Translations under genes and position numbers: made by a program | NCBI GenBank assembly: GCA_963699755.1 | Contig: CAVOVB010000005.1 | Coordinates: 96,001 to 160,000 of the forward strand | Direction of reading: 5' to 3' | Source: an uncultured delta proteobacterium | GTDB lineage: Bacteria; Myxococcota_A; Polyangia; Polyangiales; Houyiibacteriaceae | DNA: 64,000 bases | The notes under the pieces: model-generated | Told to the model about the DNA's origin: nothing | Database searches by the model: none | What the model saw: the letters and a program-made list of their open reading frames with translations, nothing else | Shown: positions 31,036 through 39,784 of the stretch, piece after piece | Layout: every line of letters starts with the position of its first letter | Numbering within the stretch: position 1 is the stretch's first letter

Positions 31036-31250
31036 TGTGCCAACAAGAAAGCATCGATACTAGGACGTTTCCTCAGAAACGGTTAGAGGGCCACCGTGGG
31101 CCCGAGCGACAACGCGCGAACCAACTGAACCCAAGAGAAACGCTCACTGATCTTCCGTACTGCTTGCCAGCGGCCACCCTGCTGAGGCAAGATAGGTCCG
31201 CCCGTCGACAGTCCAGGCTGAGGAAGGACGGAAGGACACAGCATCTTCCC

Positions 31251-32099
31251 ATGGTAGGCTCAGCAACACGCCAGGACATAGAGTTCCACTACGACGTGGG
31301 CGATGACTTCTATCGGCTATGGTTGGATGCGGGGATGAACTACTCGGCGGCCCTTTGGAAGGGGGTTGACGATTTGGAGTCCGCGCAGAACCAGAAGAAC
31401 GCGTTTCACCTCGACGTCGTGAACGCTAGATCCGCTCAACGAATCCTGGACGTAGGTTGCGGGTGGGGAGCGTTGTTAGAGAGGGCACGCGCCCTGTCTC
31501 CGTGTGCGGAACTAGTTGGGCTCACGCTGAGTTCCACTCAGAGCGAGCACTGTAGCGCGTCACTGCCTGATGCGCAGATTCGACTGGAGAGTTGGGAGAA
31601 CCACTCACCGACAGCTCCTTACGACGCTATAGTCAGTGTCGGCGCCCTCGAGCACTTCGTGAATCATCGCATGACGAGGAAGGAACGCATAGAGACGTAC
31701 GCCTCGTTCTTTCGCTTCTGCCGCAACTCGATGTCACCGAACGGTAGAATGAGCCTGCAAACCATCGGCTATGGCAATCTTCCCGGGGGCAAGCTTGATG
31801 CATTCATTTACGACAGCATCTTTCCCAATAGTGATTTGCCCTTCCTCGATGAGCTAGTGGCCGCCACGCATGGAACTCTCGAAATTACAAGTGTGCGCAA
31901 CGACCGCCTTGACTACGCAAGAACTTGCAGCGCCTGGGTTGAACGTCTAACCCACCGCGCCGAAGAAGCTGTCGCAGTGACTGGCAACGCCGAGCTCGTT
32001 GCCGGGTATATCCGATACTTGAAGATGTCGGCCGCGGGATTCAACGTCGGAGCGCTCGCACTGTATCGACTGACGTTGGTTCCGTATCCGCAGCGCTGA
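31251..32099 (+). CDS. Cyclopropane/mycolic-acid-synthase-type SAM methyltransferase (short form)
   Basis: HYDVGDDFYRLWLD..MNYS, LDVGCGWG, GLTLS, SVGALEH, IFP, DYARTCSAW; about 282 aa. Confidence 0.88.
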   Translation: MVGSATRQDIEFHYDVGDDFYRLWLDAGMNYSAALWKGVDDLESAQNQKNAFHLDVVNARSAQRILDVGCGWGALLERARALSPCAELVGLTLSSTQSEHCSASLPDAQIRLESWENHSPTAPYDAIVSVGALEHFVNHRMTRKERIETYASFFRFCRNSMSPNGRMSLQTIGYGNLPGGKLDAFIYDSIFPNSDLPFLDELVAATHGTLEITSVRNDRLDYARTCSAWVERLTHRAEEAVAVTGNAELVAGYIRYLKMSAAGFNVGALALYRLTLVPYPQR

Positions 32100-32250
32100 C
32101 ATCGCTGGCTGGCGTTGGATGCCCGGGCTCCGACTTTTGACAACGTAGAATTGCCATGCATCGCGGCGCGACGAGCGGGTCCGTGGCCTGTTGGACAGTG
32201 TTTTTTTGTTCAGCCGATCCTCGGACGGACCTGTGGTATGTTCCGCGGAT

Positions 32251-33741
32251 ATGTCCATTCGACCGACAGCCAACGACCTGAAGCATAAGGACTTCATGGG
32301 CTCTGACTCAATTCATCGTTTTCGTCCTGGGCGCGTTCAATCGTGCGAGCTTGCCGGCTCTCTGATCGCGTCGTTCAACCTCGAAGGAGGCCCGTGGAGC
32401 GCCAAGGTTCTTGATGTGTCCAGTACCGGTCTGGCGCTGGAATCTGTTTCCACCGCCTGCGCTCCTGGGGCGTCGCTGTCGAATCTCGAATTGATGTATG
32501 ATGGTACGTTGGTTTGGTCGGGTACCGGTGAGGTAATCTACCAGGTCGGGGAACCAGCCAGCCGCGTCGGAGTGAGGTTTACCTCAGGATTGATAGAGGT
32601 CTCGGAGCTCAAATACAGAAACATCCTACAGAGCTCGGAAGCCTCATCTGCGATTGACTTGACGGTACTGGCAGCGGCACGACTCCCCGACGCATGGCGT
32701 GCGCGCGTCGCGGATGCACATCACTTGCTCCAGGTTGCTCGCTCCCATTTCAGCGCCTGCGAAGGCGAGCTTGCCCAGCTGGGCACCGAACGCCTGGAAC
32801 GTGAACCGGCCTTGATTCGCGCGTTCTACGATTCGTGGGCGCCAAAATACAGAGCTGTGTTCACGGAACTCTACGAGATTTCCATGGGCTTCGACCACGA
32901 GCAGATCGAGTTAGCGAGCCACTACGCGGAACGTCACCTGTACCCACTCCTAAAGGGGTGTCCGCTACATAGCCGGTCGCACGACAAACCTTCTGGCTAC
33001 GCGGGCGACTACCAGACGATGCTATTGTGTTCCGGACCGGACCATTTTGCCGGCTCGCTCTACGATAGATTTCTCTATTGGGTCGCCCGTAACTACACGA
33101 TGGTGAGAACGGTCCCCGCACGCCAACGGTTCCTACGCGACAGAATAGTCGAAACAGCTGGTACGACTTCCGGCCGGAAGAAGGTGGTGTCGATAGCATG
33201 CGGTCCAGCTGTGGAGATTCAGGACTTCGTGCGGACGATGGAGCCGACTCCCATCAAATTCATTCTAGTCGATCAGGATGAGGCCGCCCTAGCTTATGCG
33301 AACGACAAGATCGCGGCTGCGATTCTGTCCAACCCGAGGCTCGGTGATGAAGTGGAGGTGGAATGCCTACATCTCTCCGTTCGGCAGCTCATGAAACCCG
33401 AATCGGAAGAGCTGTTGGCCTCGATTGCCCGTCTCAGAAACGCTACTCTTGTCTATAGTGCGGGGCTCTTCGACTACTTCCAGGACGGCGTTGCGCAGAA
33501 ACTGCTCATGAGGCTATACGATCTACTCGGAACAGGCGGACGCTTGTTGGTTGGCAACCTGCGCGAAACGCCCGATACAACTTGGCTTCTGGACTACGTT
33601 CTTAGCTGGCCGCTCGTGTATCGGACCAGGGAGTCGATGGAATCATTGGCGAGCGTGCTCAAGCCTACCCCGAGGACCCTCCGAATAAGCTTCGATGGAA
33701 CCGAACGCTGCCTGTTCTGGGATGTAGAACGACCCGGGTGA
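32251..33741 (+). CDS. PhcB-like SAM methyltransferase with N-terminal PilZ-like domain
   Basis: KPSGYAGDY, SIACGPAVE, VDQDEAAL, YSAGLFDY, GRLLVGN, WPLVYRT; N-terminal VLDVSSTGL...VGVRF. Alternative start at 32296. Confidence 0.8.
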   Translation: MSIRPTANDLKHKDFMGSDSIHRFRPGRVQSCELAGSLIASFNLEGGPWSAKVLDVSSTGLALESVSTACAPGASLSNLELMYDGTLVWSGTGEVIYQVGEPASRVGVRFTSGLIEVSELKYRNILQSSEASSAIDLTVLAAARLPDAWRARVADAHHLLQVARSHFSACEGELAQLGTERLEREPALIRAFYDSWAPKYRAVFTELYEISMGFDHEQIELASHYAERHLYPLLKGCPLHSRSHDKPSGYAGDYQTMLLCSGPDHFAGSLYDRFLYWVARNYTMVRTVPARQRFLRDRIVETAGTTSGRKKVVSIACGPAVEIQDFVRTMEPTPIKFILVDQDEAALAYANDKIAAAILSNPRLGDEVEVECLHLSVRQLMKPESEELLASIARLRNATLVYSAGLFDYFQDGVAQKLLMRLYDLLGTGGRLLVGNLRETPDTTWLLDYVLSWPLVYRTRESMESLASVLKPTPRTLRISFDGTERCLFWDVERPG

Positions 33742-33744
33742 CAC

Positions 33745-36318
33745 ATGGACGCTGGGGGGGGTATTGACAACATAGACCTGGCAGAGCGGCGACCAGATCT
33801 GAGAGCAGAGCTATCAGAAACCAACGTGAGTCTGTTGGTTGCCGCCGCCCCTGTGATCAGCTTCTTCTTCCTGATCTGGGCGGGATTCGACCGAGTAATC
33901 GCCCCGCACATCTGGCTTGACCTCCTCGCGGCGCGCGCGCTGGTCGTCGTGGTGAACGCCTTCGTCGTGATTTGGGCATCGAAGTCGCAACATCCTTCAC
34001 GAGGTGAGATCGGCTTCTGGCTGTGGCTCCTCGTTTGGTCAATCGGAATCTCAGCGATGCTTCCCTTCGTCGGAGAAGGCTTCAACGCCTACGTGGTTGG
34101 CCTTTCGATCGCATTGCTTGGCGCTGGGATACTCCCGTATTGGGGACCGGCCTGGGCCATCTCGATCGTCCTCACATGCGCCGCTGCGGCTAGCTTCGGT
34201 GCATATGTTGCGCGCCCGGCTACTGGTGAGTTTCTAACATTCGTGTTCGTGATTCTAACAACTTCCACGGTGAGCGTCGTCGGATCATTGTTTCGAATCC
34301 ACCTGAAGCGCAGGGAGTTCGAGGCGAGAAGCGAATCTGAACGATTGCGGAGAGCCGAACTGCAGCGCTCAAACCAGTTGAGCGACGCCTTGGATCAACT
34401 CGCAGAGCTCGACAAGATGAAAAACGAGTTCTTCGCGAACATCTCTCACGAATTGCGTACGCCCCTTACGCTGATCCTCTCGCCGGTCGACCAGCTGCTT
34501 TCCAGCCTGCAGCCGAGCGCAGAACGCGAGGCATTGGAGGTCGTGCGCCGGAACGCCGCCCGTCTGCTTCGAATGATCGACGATCTGCTCGATCTCGCTC
34601 GACTCGACGGCGGAGGACTGAGGCTACGTGTGACGCAAGTGAATGTCGAAACCCTGGCAGAGAATACGGCAAAGAACGCCAGGCCCACGGCGACAGCGAA
34701 GGGAGTCGAGCTTGACTTCTCGTCCCAAGGCAGCGCATCGGACATCTTCGGAGATCCTCATCGACTCGAGATCATCCTCACCAACCTGATCGGCAACGCA
34801 ATCAAGTTCACGCCGCGGGGAGGACGAATCGATGTTCGCGTCGTCCACCTACCGAGCGGCACCTCGATCGAGGTCGCCGATACGGGTCCCGGAATCCCCA
34901 ACGATGAAATAGAGCGGATTTTCGATCGATTCCATCAGACAGAAACATCAGAACGTCGGCGCCAGGGCGGTGTAGGCATCGGCCTCGCACTCGCTCGCGA
35001 GCTTGCGCAGCTCCATGGGGGCTCGCTGACAGCGGATAGCAAGCCCGAACAGGGATCGACGTTCACGCTGTTTCTCCGAAGCGGAAAAGGGCATTTCCAG
35101 AACGAGGTAGTTGAGCGACGGCGGGCACACGTGGATGGGCATCCTGGACGGCGAATCGAGGACCGAGCAGCAGAAATGCCCTCGCGTCCCATGGAGGATG
35201 CCACAGTGGAGCTCCGCCAAAGCGAGGCACCCCCGGAGCGCGTCTTGCTCGACCGTGGACGATTGCCTCGCATCCTCGTCGCTGAGGACGAGGCGGACCT
35301 ACGCGGCTTCATCGTAGGCGTCCTGAAAGCCACCTACGTCGTCGATGCCGCAGAGGATGGAGCCGAGGCTATCGCGCTGATGAAACGCAACCGACCCGAC
35401 TTGGTTCTGACGGACGTCATGATGCCGGGGGTGAGCGGCCTTGATCTGACGCGCACGATCAAGGGGAATCCCTCGCTGCGACACATCCCGGTCATCCTCC
35501 TCACGGCGAGGGGGGAAGACGAGGCGGCGCTCGAGGGCTATGAGGCTGGCGCAGACGACTTCGTCTCAAAGCCCTTCCACACCAAGGTCTTGCTGGCCCG
35601 CGTTCGCGCTCACATCAAAATGCATGGTCTATCTCTGCAGCTCGCCGATCAAGCTCGTCTGGCATCTGCTGGAACGCTTGCGGCGGGCCTTGCCCATGAG
35701 GTGAAGAATCCACTCAACGCGGCCATGAACGCCGTGAAGGTCTTGCAGCAGGGCGGGTCGACGCGTGTCTCGAATGAGAAATTGATGAGCCTCGTTGTCG
35801 ATGCACTAAAGCGTATCGACAGCGTTGTTTCGGCTCTCGGTGCGCATGCGCGGCCGGCGGATGGAATGGACCTGGTGCCCTGCAACGTGCGCGAGGCGGT
35901 CGAATCCACCCTCAATTTGCTCGATCACAAGCTTCGTAGCCGCGTGACGGTTCACCGAGAGTACGAAACGACTGGCGAGGTGTATGCGCCCGCGCGGGCC
36001 TTCAATCAGGTGATGTTGAATCTGGTCGACAACTCGATTCGTTCGGGCGCAGAGAACATCTGGATCGAGATCAACCAAGCGAACAAGCAAATCTTCGTAG
36101 CCGTGGCCGACGACGGACCCGGCGTTCCAGCTGACGTAGTCCACCGCATCTTCGACCCCTTCTTCACCACCCGAGTCGAGGGCGAAGGCACCGGCCTCGG
36201 GCTCCACCTCAGCCGGCGAATCGCCCAGGAGTGTGGCGGCGAGCTGAGATATGAGCCCCGGCCTGGCGGTGGCGCACGCTTCGTGATGGAAATTCCCGCA
36301 ATGGGGCTGGCTGCCTGA
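33745..36318 (+). CDS. Multi-TM hybrid kinase HK-REC-HK (PhcS/PhcR-like fusion)
   Basis: About 6 TM; FFANISHELRTP; REC LTDVMMP/SKPF; second LAHEVKNP with full N/G1/F/G2 boxes; starts 3 nt after the phcB-like stop. Confidence 0.92.
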   Translation: MDAGGGIDNIDLAERRPDLRAELSETNVSLLVAAAPVISFFFLIWAGFDRVIAPHIWLDLLAARALVVVVNAFVVIWASKSQHPSRGEIGFWLWLLVWSIGISAMLPFVGEGFNAYVVGLSIALLGAGILPYWGPAWAISIVLTCAAAASFGAYVARPATGEFLTFVFVILTTSTVSVVGSLFRIHLKRREFEARSESERLRRAELQRSNQLSDALDQLAELDKMKNEFFANISHELRTPLTLILSPVDQLLSSLQPSAEREALEVVRRNAARLLRMIDDLLDLARLDGGGLRLRVTQVNVETLAENTAKNARPTATAKGVELDFSSQGSASDIFGDPHRLEIILTNLIGNAIKFTPRGGRIDVRVVHLPSGTSIEVADTGPGIPNDEIERIFDRFHQTETSERRRQGGVGIGLALARELAQLHGGSLTADSKPEQGSTFTLFLRSGKGHFQNEVVERRRAHVDGHPGRRIEDRAAEMPSRPMEDATVELRQSEAPPERVLLDRGRLPRILVAEDEADLRGFIVGVLKATYVVDAAEDGAEAIALMKRNRPDLVLTDVMMPGVSGLDLTRTIKGNPSLRHIPVILLTARGEDEAALEGYEAGADDFVSKPFHTKVLLARVRAHIKMHGLSLQLADQARLASAGTLAAGLAHEVKNPLNAAMNAVKVLQQGGSTRVSNEKLMSLVVDALKRIDSVVSALGAHARPADGMDLVPCNVREAVESTLNLLDHKLRSRVTVHREYETTGEVYAPARAFNQVMLNLVDNSIRSGAENIWIEINQANKQIFVAVADDGPGVPADVVHRIFDPFFTTRVEGEGTGLGLHLSRRIAQECGGELRYEPRPGGGARFVMEIPAMGLAA

Positions 36319-36597
36319 TTGCTGGGGCGCCCACCCCCCTGGCGAAGTCCGAGTACGACCAGATGCTACGAAACCGTGTGATCGCTCGCAGGGAACGCGA
36401 CACGGCTGTGGGCGTTTTCGCACCTGCACGGGCGTTCTGCCGCGTCTCTGCTGCCCGAGCGGACGGCGAACGGACGCCCCAGTGCCCCAATCGAGCCAAG
36501 GAATCGCCAATGGCTGCGGTGGTGGGCTAAGCTGTACATAGAGGCCCGGGGGAGGGGCCCGCTTCGTGATGGAGGGAACTGCCATGGAGCAAGCGGC

Positions 36598-37746
36598 ATG
36601 ACAGCGCACGTTTTGTTCGTCGATGACGAGGAGCCCAATCTGATCGTCTTTGAGGCGGTCTGTGGCGACACGTTTCCCGTGCTGACGGCTTCGAGCGCGG
36701 CGCAGGGGCTCAAGCTGATGGAGCAGCACGAGATCGGTGTCGTGCTCACCGACCAACGGATGCCGGGGATGACGGGGATCGAGCTTCTCGAGAAGGTCGA
36801 GGTCGAGTACCCGGATGCGATTCGTCTTTTGATCACGGCCTACTCGGACTTGCAGGCGGCCGAGGATGCGATCAACCGCGGGCACGTGCGGCGCTACATG
36901 CGCAAGCCGTGGGAGCCGGAGACGCTGCGCGCCGAGCTGCGCGATGCGATCGACCTCTACTCGCTCAATACGCGAGTGCGTGAGCTCGAGCAACGTCTGC
37001 TCGAATCGGAGCGCTCGTATTCGTTTAGTGTGGTGGCCGAAGGGATCGCCGAAGAGCTTGGCAACCCGGTGCGCTGGATTCGCAACAATCTGACGGCCAT
37101 CGAGGCTTCGGTGAAGGCCGCGACCGCAGCGCTTGCCGAACCGACGCCGAACGTCCCGCGTGCCTGCGGTACCCTGGCGCAGATCGATACGGCCGTAGCC
37201 GATGCGCGCGACGGGGTGAAGCGCATTTTGGAGCTGACCGAAAAGATGGCCCAGCCGTTGGAAGAAGCCGCCATCGAGGTCGTGGACTTGGCGGACGCGG
37301 TTCGGGTCGCGCTTCGCAAGGCAGAGAACAGCGGGCTGCGCGGGCGCGCGCTGATCGAAGTGGCCACGGGCGTCGAGCCAAAGGTGATGGCGACGCGCAC
37401 GAACATCGTTCACATCGCCCTCAATCTTTTGGCGAATGCGATTCAGCGGGCCGCGGCACGGGCCGGCGGCCAGGGTGTCGTGCGTGTCACGACCGCGATG
37501 CTGGGCGATGAAGCCGTACTCGACGTCTCGGACAACGGGCCCCCGCTCTCCCCTCAGCAGATGGAATCGGTCTTCAAGCCCTTCGGCGTCGGAGGACGCT
37601 TGCACGGAGCCGGCGTGGGCTTGGCGATTTCGAAGCGCATCGCCGAGGAGCTCGGAGGCCGAATCCTGGTGAGCGCGACCGATGATCACGAAACGCTCTT
37701 CCGGCTGCTCCTGCCGAGCGTCACGAGAAAGACGGGACGGCCGTGA
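36598..37746 (+). CDS. REC + kinase-like protein (PhcR-like) lacking the phospho-His
   Basis: VLFVDDE, TDQRMPG, ITAYSD, KPWE; H-box reads IAEELGNP; NLLANA, DNGP, GVGLAI. Confidence 0.85.
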   Translation: MTAHVLFVDDEEPNLIVFEAVCGDTFPVLTASSAAQGLKLMEQHEIGVVLTDQRMPGMTGIELLEKVEVEYPDAIRLLITAYSDLQAAEDAINRGHVRRYMRKPWEPETLRAELRDAIDLYSLNTRVRELEQRLLESERSYSFSVVAEGIAEELGNPVRWIRNNLTAIEASVKAATAALAEPTPNVPRACGTLAQIDTAVADARDGVKRILELTEKMAQPLEEAAIEVVDLADAVRVALRKAENSGLRGRALIEVATGVEPKVMATRTNIVHIALNLLANAIQRAAARAGGQGVVRVTTAMLGDEAVLDVSDNGPPLSPQQMESVFKPFGVGGRLHGAGVGLAISKRIAEELGGRILVSATDDHETLFRLLLPSVTRKTGRP

Positions 37747-38213
37747 CCGCGGAGGCGCGACCGGCTTTGCGCGAGTTCGGACTCATCTTCGACGAAAGCG
37801 CGTGGCCGCTCACTTATGTCCGGTTTCCTTCGAAGCCGCTGAGCGACGACGGTTTCGAATATTTCATCGAGCGTTACACGGCGATGGTCGAGCGGCGGAT
37901 CCCCTTCGCGACGATTCTAGACTCGAGAGGCCTGACGACGGCGATCACAGCGCATCAGCGAAGGCGGCTGACCGAGTGGTTCGATGTGACCGGTGACCTC
38001 GCTGGCGAGCACCACTTCGGGATCGCGGTGCTGATCAACAACGCGCTCATTCGCGGTGCGCTCCAGGCCGTGACCTGGGTGAAGCCGATCCCGGTGCCGA
38101 TCAAGCCCTTCGGCTCGATCGCGGACGCTGCTCCCTGGATTCGCGAGATCCTGCGCGAACAGAGGATCCCGACGACGACCGCGATGGAGATGCTTCTCAC
38201 CGGGCGTAGCTAG
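37743..38213 (+). CDS. STAS/SEC14 (SpoIIAA-like) small protein
   Basis: GTGA-coupled; WPLTYVRF, ILDSR, IAVLINNALIRGAL..VTW, F...A..W pattern. Confidence 0.6.
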   Translation: MTAEARPALREFGLIFDESAWPLTYVRFPSKPLSDDGFEYFIERYTAMVERRIPFATILDSRGLTTAITAHQRRRLTEWFDVTGDLAGEHHFGIAVLINNALIRGALQAVTWVKPIPVPIKPFGSIADAAPWIREILREQRIPTTTAMEMLLTGRS

Positions 38214-38233
38214 CAAACCCGGCTCGGTCGCGC

Positions 38234-39412
38234 CTACTTCACGGCGTAGCCGGCTGCGCGGACGACGGCTTCGAGGTCGGCCTCGGGAACCGAGCCCTCC
38301 ACCGTGGCTTGGCTCGGGTCGAGGGTCACGATGGCCGAGGTGACGCCATCGGCATCGCGAAGGGCGCGTTCGAGCTTGCGAACGCAGTTGTTGCAGGTGA
38401 GGCCTTCGACCTCGAGGGTGACGACGGTGGGCCCGGCAGGTGCACGGCGGCGGAGCCAGGCGCTTCGGAGGTCGTCGACCATGAAGTAGAGGAAGAGGCC
38501 GGCGAGCAGCAAGGCCGATGCCCAGGCCCACCAGGGCTGGCGGTGCTCATGGGTCGTGCTGCCCAGCGCTTCGAAGGGAAGGGCGGCGTCATAGACATAG
38601 GCGAGCCCGACGCTTCCAATGACGACGGTGGCGAGATAGACGCCGAGGACGCGCTTGCCAAAGGCCCGCTTCACCGCGCCGATGGTGGCGATGTTGGTTG
38701 CCGGGCCCGCCATCAGGAAGACGAGGGCGGCGCCTGTGGGCATGCCCTGCGTGATCAACGCGGCGGCGATCGGCACCGATGCGGTGGCGCACACGTAGAG
38801 AGGCAGCGCGATCGCGAGGGCCGCGAGGCCGGAGAGCGCGGGGTGGACGTCGGACCAGCCGGCGATGGCGCCCGGTGGAATCCAGACGGTGATCGCGGCC
38901 GAGGCGACGACGCCGAAGACGATCCACCTCCAGATGGGCCGGACGACGTCGACCATGTGCTCGAAGAAGCCAACCGTCGATTGCGGTGCGCTGGTTTCTT
39001 CGAAGCCCTCGATGCCTCTCGCTTCGGTATGTAGTGATTCGGTGACCGCGCCGCCGACGAGCCCCATGACGAGCGCGCTCAAGCACTTGAAGAGCGTGAA
39101 CGGCCAACCGAGAAACGACGCGCTCACCAGAAGCGAGTCTACGCCGGTCTGTGGCGTGCTGATGAGAAAGCCGACCGCCGCGCCGTCGCTCGCGCCGTCC
39201 TTCTTGAGACCGAGCCCTGCGGGAATGACACCGCAGGAGCACAAGGGCAGAGGCACACCGAGCGCGACGGCCTTGGCGACGCCGCCGAAGCCGCGAAACT
39301 GGCGCCGTGCAAAGTCGCGAGGAAGGAACACGTGGAGCGCACCGGCAGCCGCGGCTCCGAGAAGAAGCCAGGGCGAAAGCTGAAGCCATACCTGCCAGAT
39401 CGCGTCGAGCAC
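38234..39412 (-). CDS. ArsP/SO_0444-type metal permease with C-terminal HMA domain
   Basis: PLPLCSCGVIP, STPQTGVDS, YVCATASVP, AGPATN; GLTCNNC HMA motif. Confidence 0.88.
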   Translation of the reverse strand: MLDAIWQVWLQLSPWLLLGAAAAGALHVFLPRDFARRQFRGFGGVAKAVALGVPLPLCSCGVIPAGLGLKKDGASDGAAVGFLISTPQTGVDSLLVSASFLGWPFTLFKCLSALVMGLVGGAVTESLHTEARGIEGFEETSAPQSTVGFFEHMVDVVRPIWRWIVFGVVASAAITVWIPPGAIAGWSDVHPALSGLAALAIALPLYVCATASVPIAAALITQGMPTGAALVFLMAGPATNIATIGAVKRAFGKRVLGVYLATVVIGSVGLAYVYDAALPFEALGSTTHEHRQPWWAWASALLLAGLFLYFMVDDLRSAWLRRRAPAGPTVVTLEVEGLTCNNCVRKLERALRDADGVTSAIVTLDPSQATVEGSVPEADLEAVVRAAGYAVK

Positions 39413-39453
39413 GGGAGGGATATGGGTCTACGCCGAAGGCGGCGCAATCCCTC

Positions 39454-39753
39454 CTAGACCGGCACGTCGCCTAGGCTGTTGCGCTGATACCCGTCTGCTT
39501 GCATGGCGCCGACGAGCACGGTCGGCGGGTGCGCCCCGTTGCCGTTGACGTGCTCGCCCGGGTTCGCGCCGCCCGCGCGACCGGCCATGAGCATGACCAT
39601 GTTCTCGACGACGGCGTTGTCCTCGGACGCAAACGCGAGGAGCGGCAGATAGGCATCGACGTCCTTCGCGGTCACTTCCCTTCGCAGGGCACGTGGCAGG
39701 AGCGAATCGAGGAACGCGCGAAAGCGCGCGCTCGGCTTGCGACGGACGCCGGA
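39454..39753 (-). pseudogene. Probable fused remnant of DUF1592/DUF1595- and DUF1552-type genes
   Basis: Start-less frame RAFLDSLLPRALRREVTAKDVDAY joined to MLMAGRAGG..PGEHV...HP..VL..MQA.G...LGDV. Confidence 0.4.
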
Positions 39754-39784
39754 CTACGATCTTTCGCCCAGAAGCGCAGTGATT

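Noticed and set aside
36319..36597. About 280-bp gap within the signalling operon with an imperfect hairpin (ccgtgt...acacgg)
   Set aside because: No recognisable riboswitch or sRNA consensus; GC-rich pairing is expected by chance. An Rfam search would be needed.
35806..37689. 627-aa minus-strand ORF
   Set aside because: Antisense shadow of the kinase genes in high-GC DNA; no recognisable motifs.
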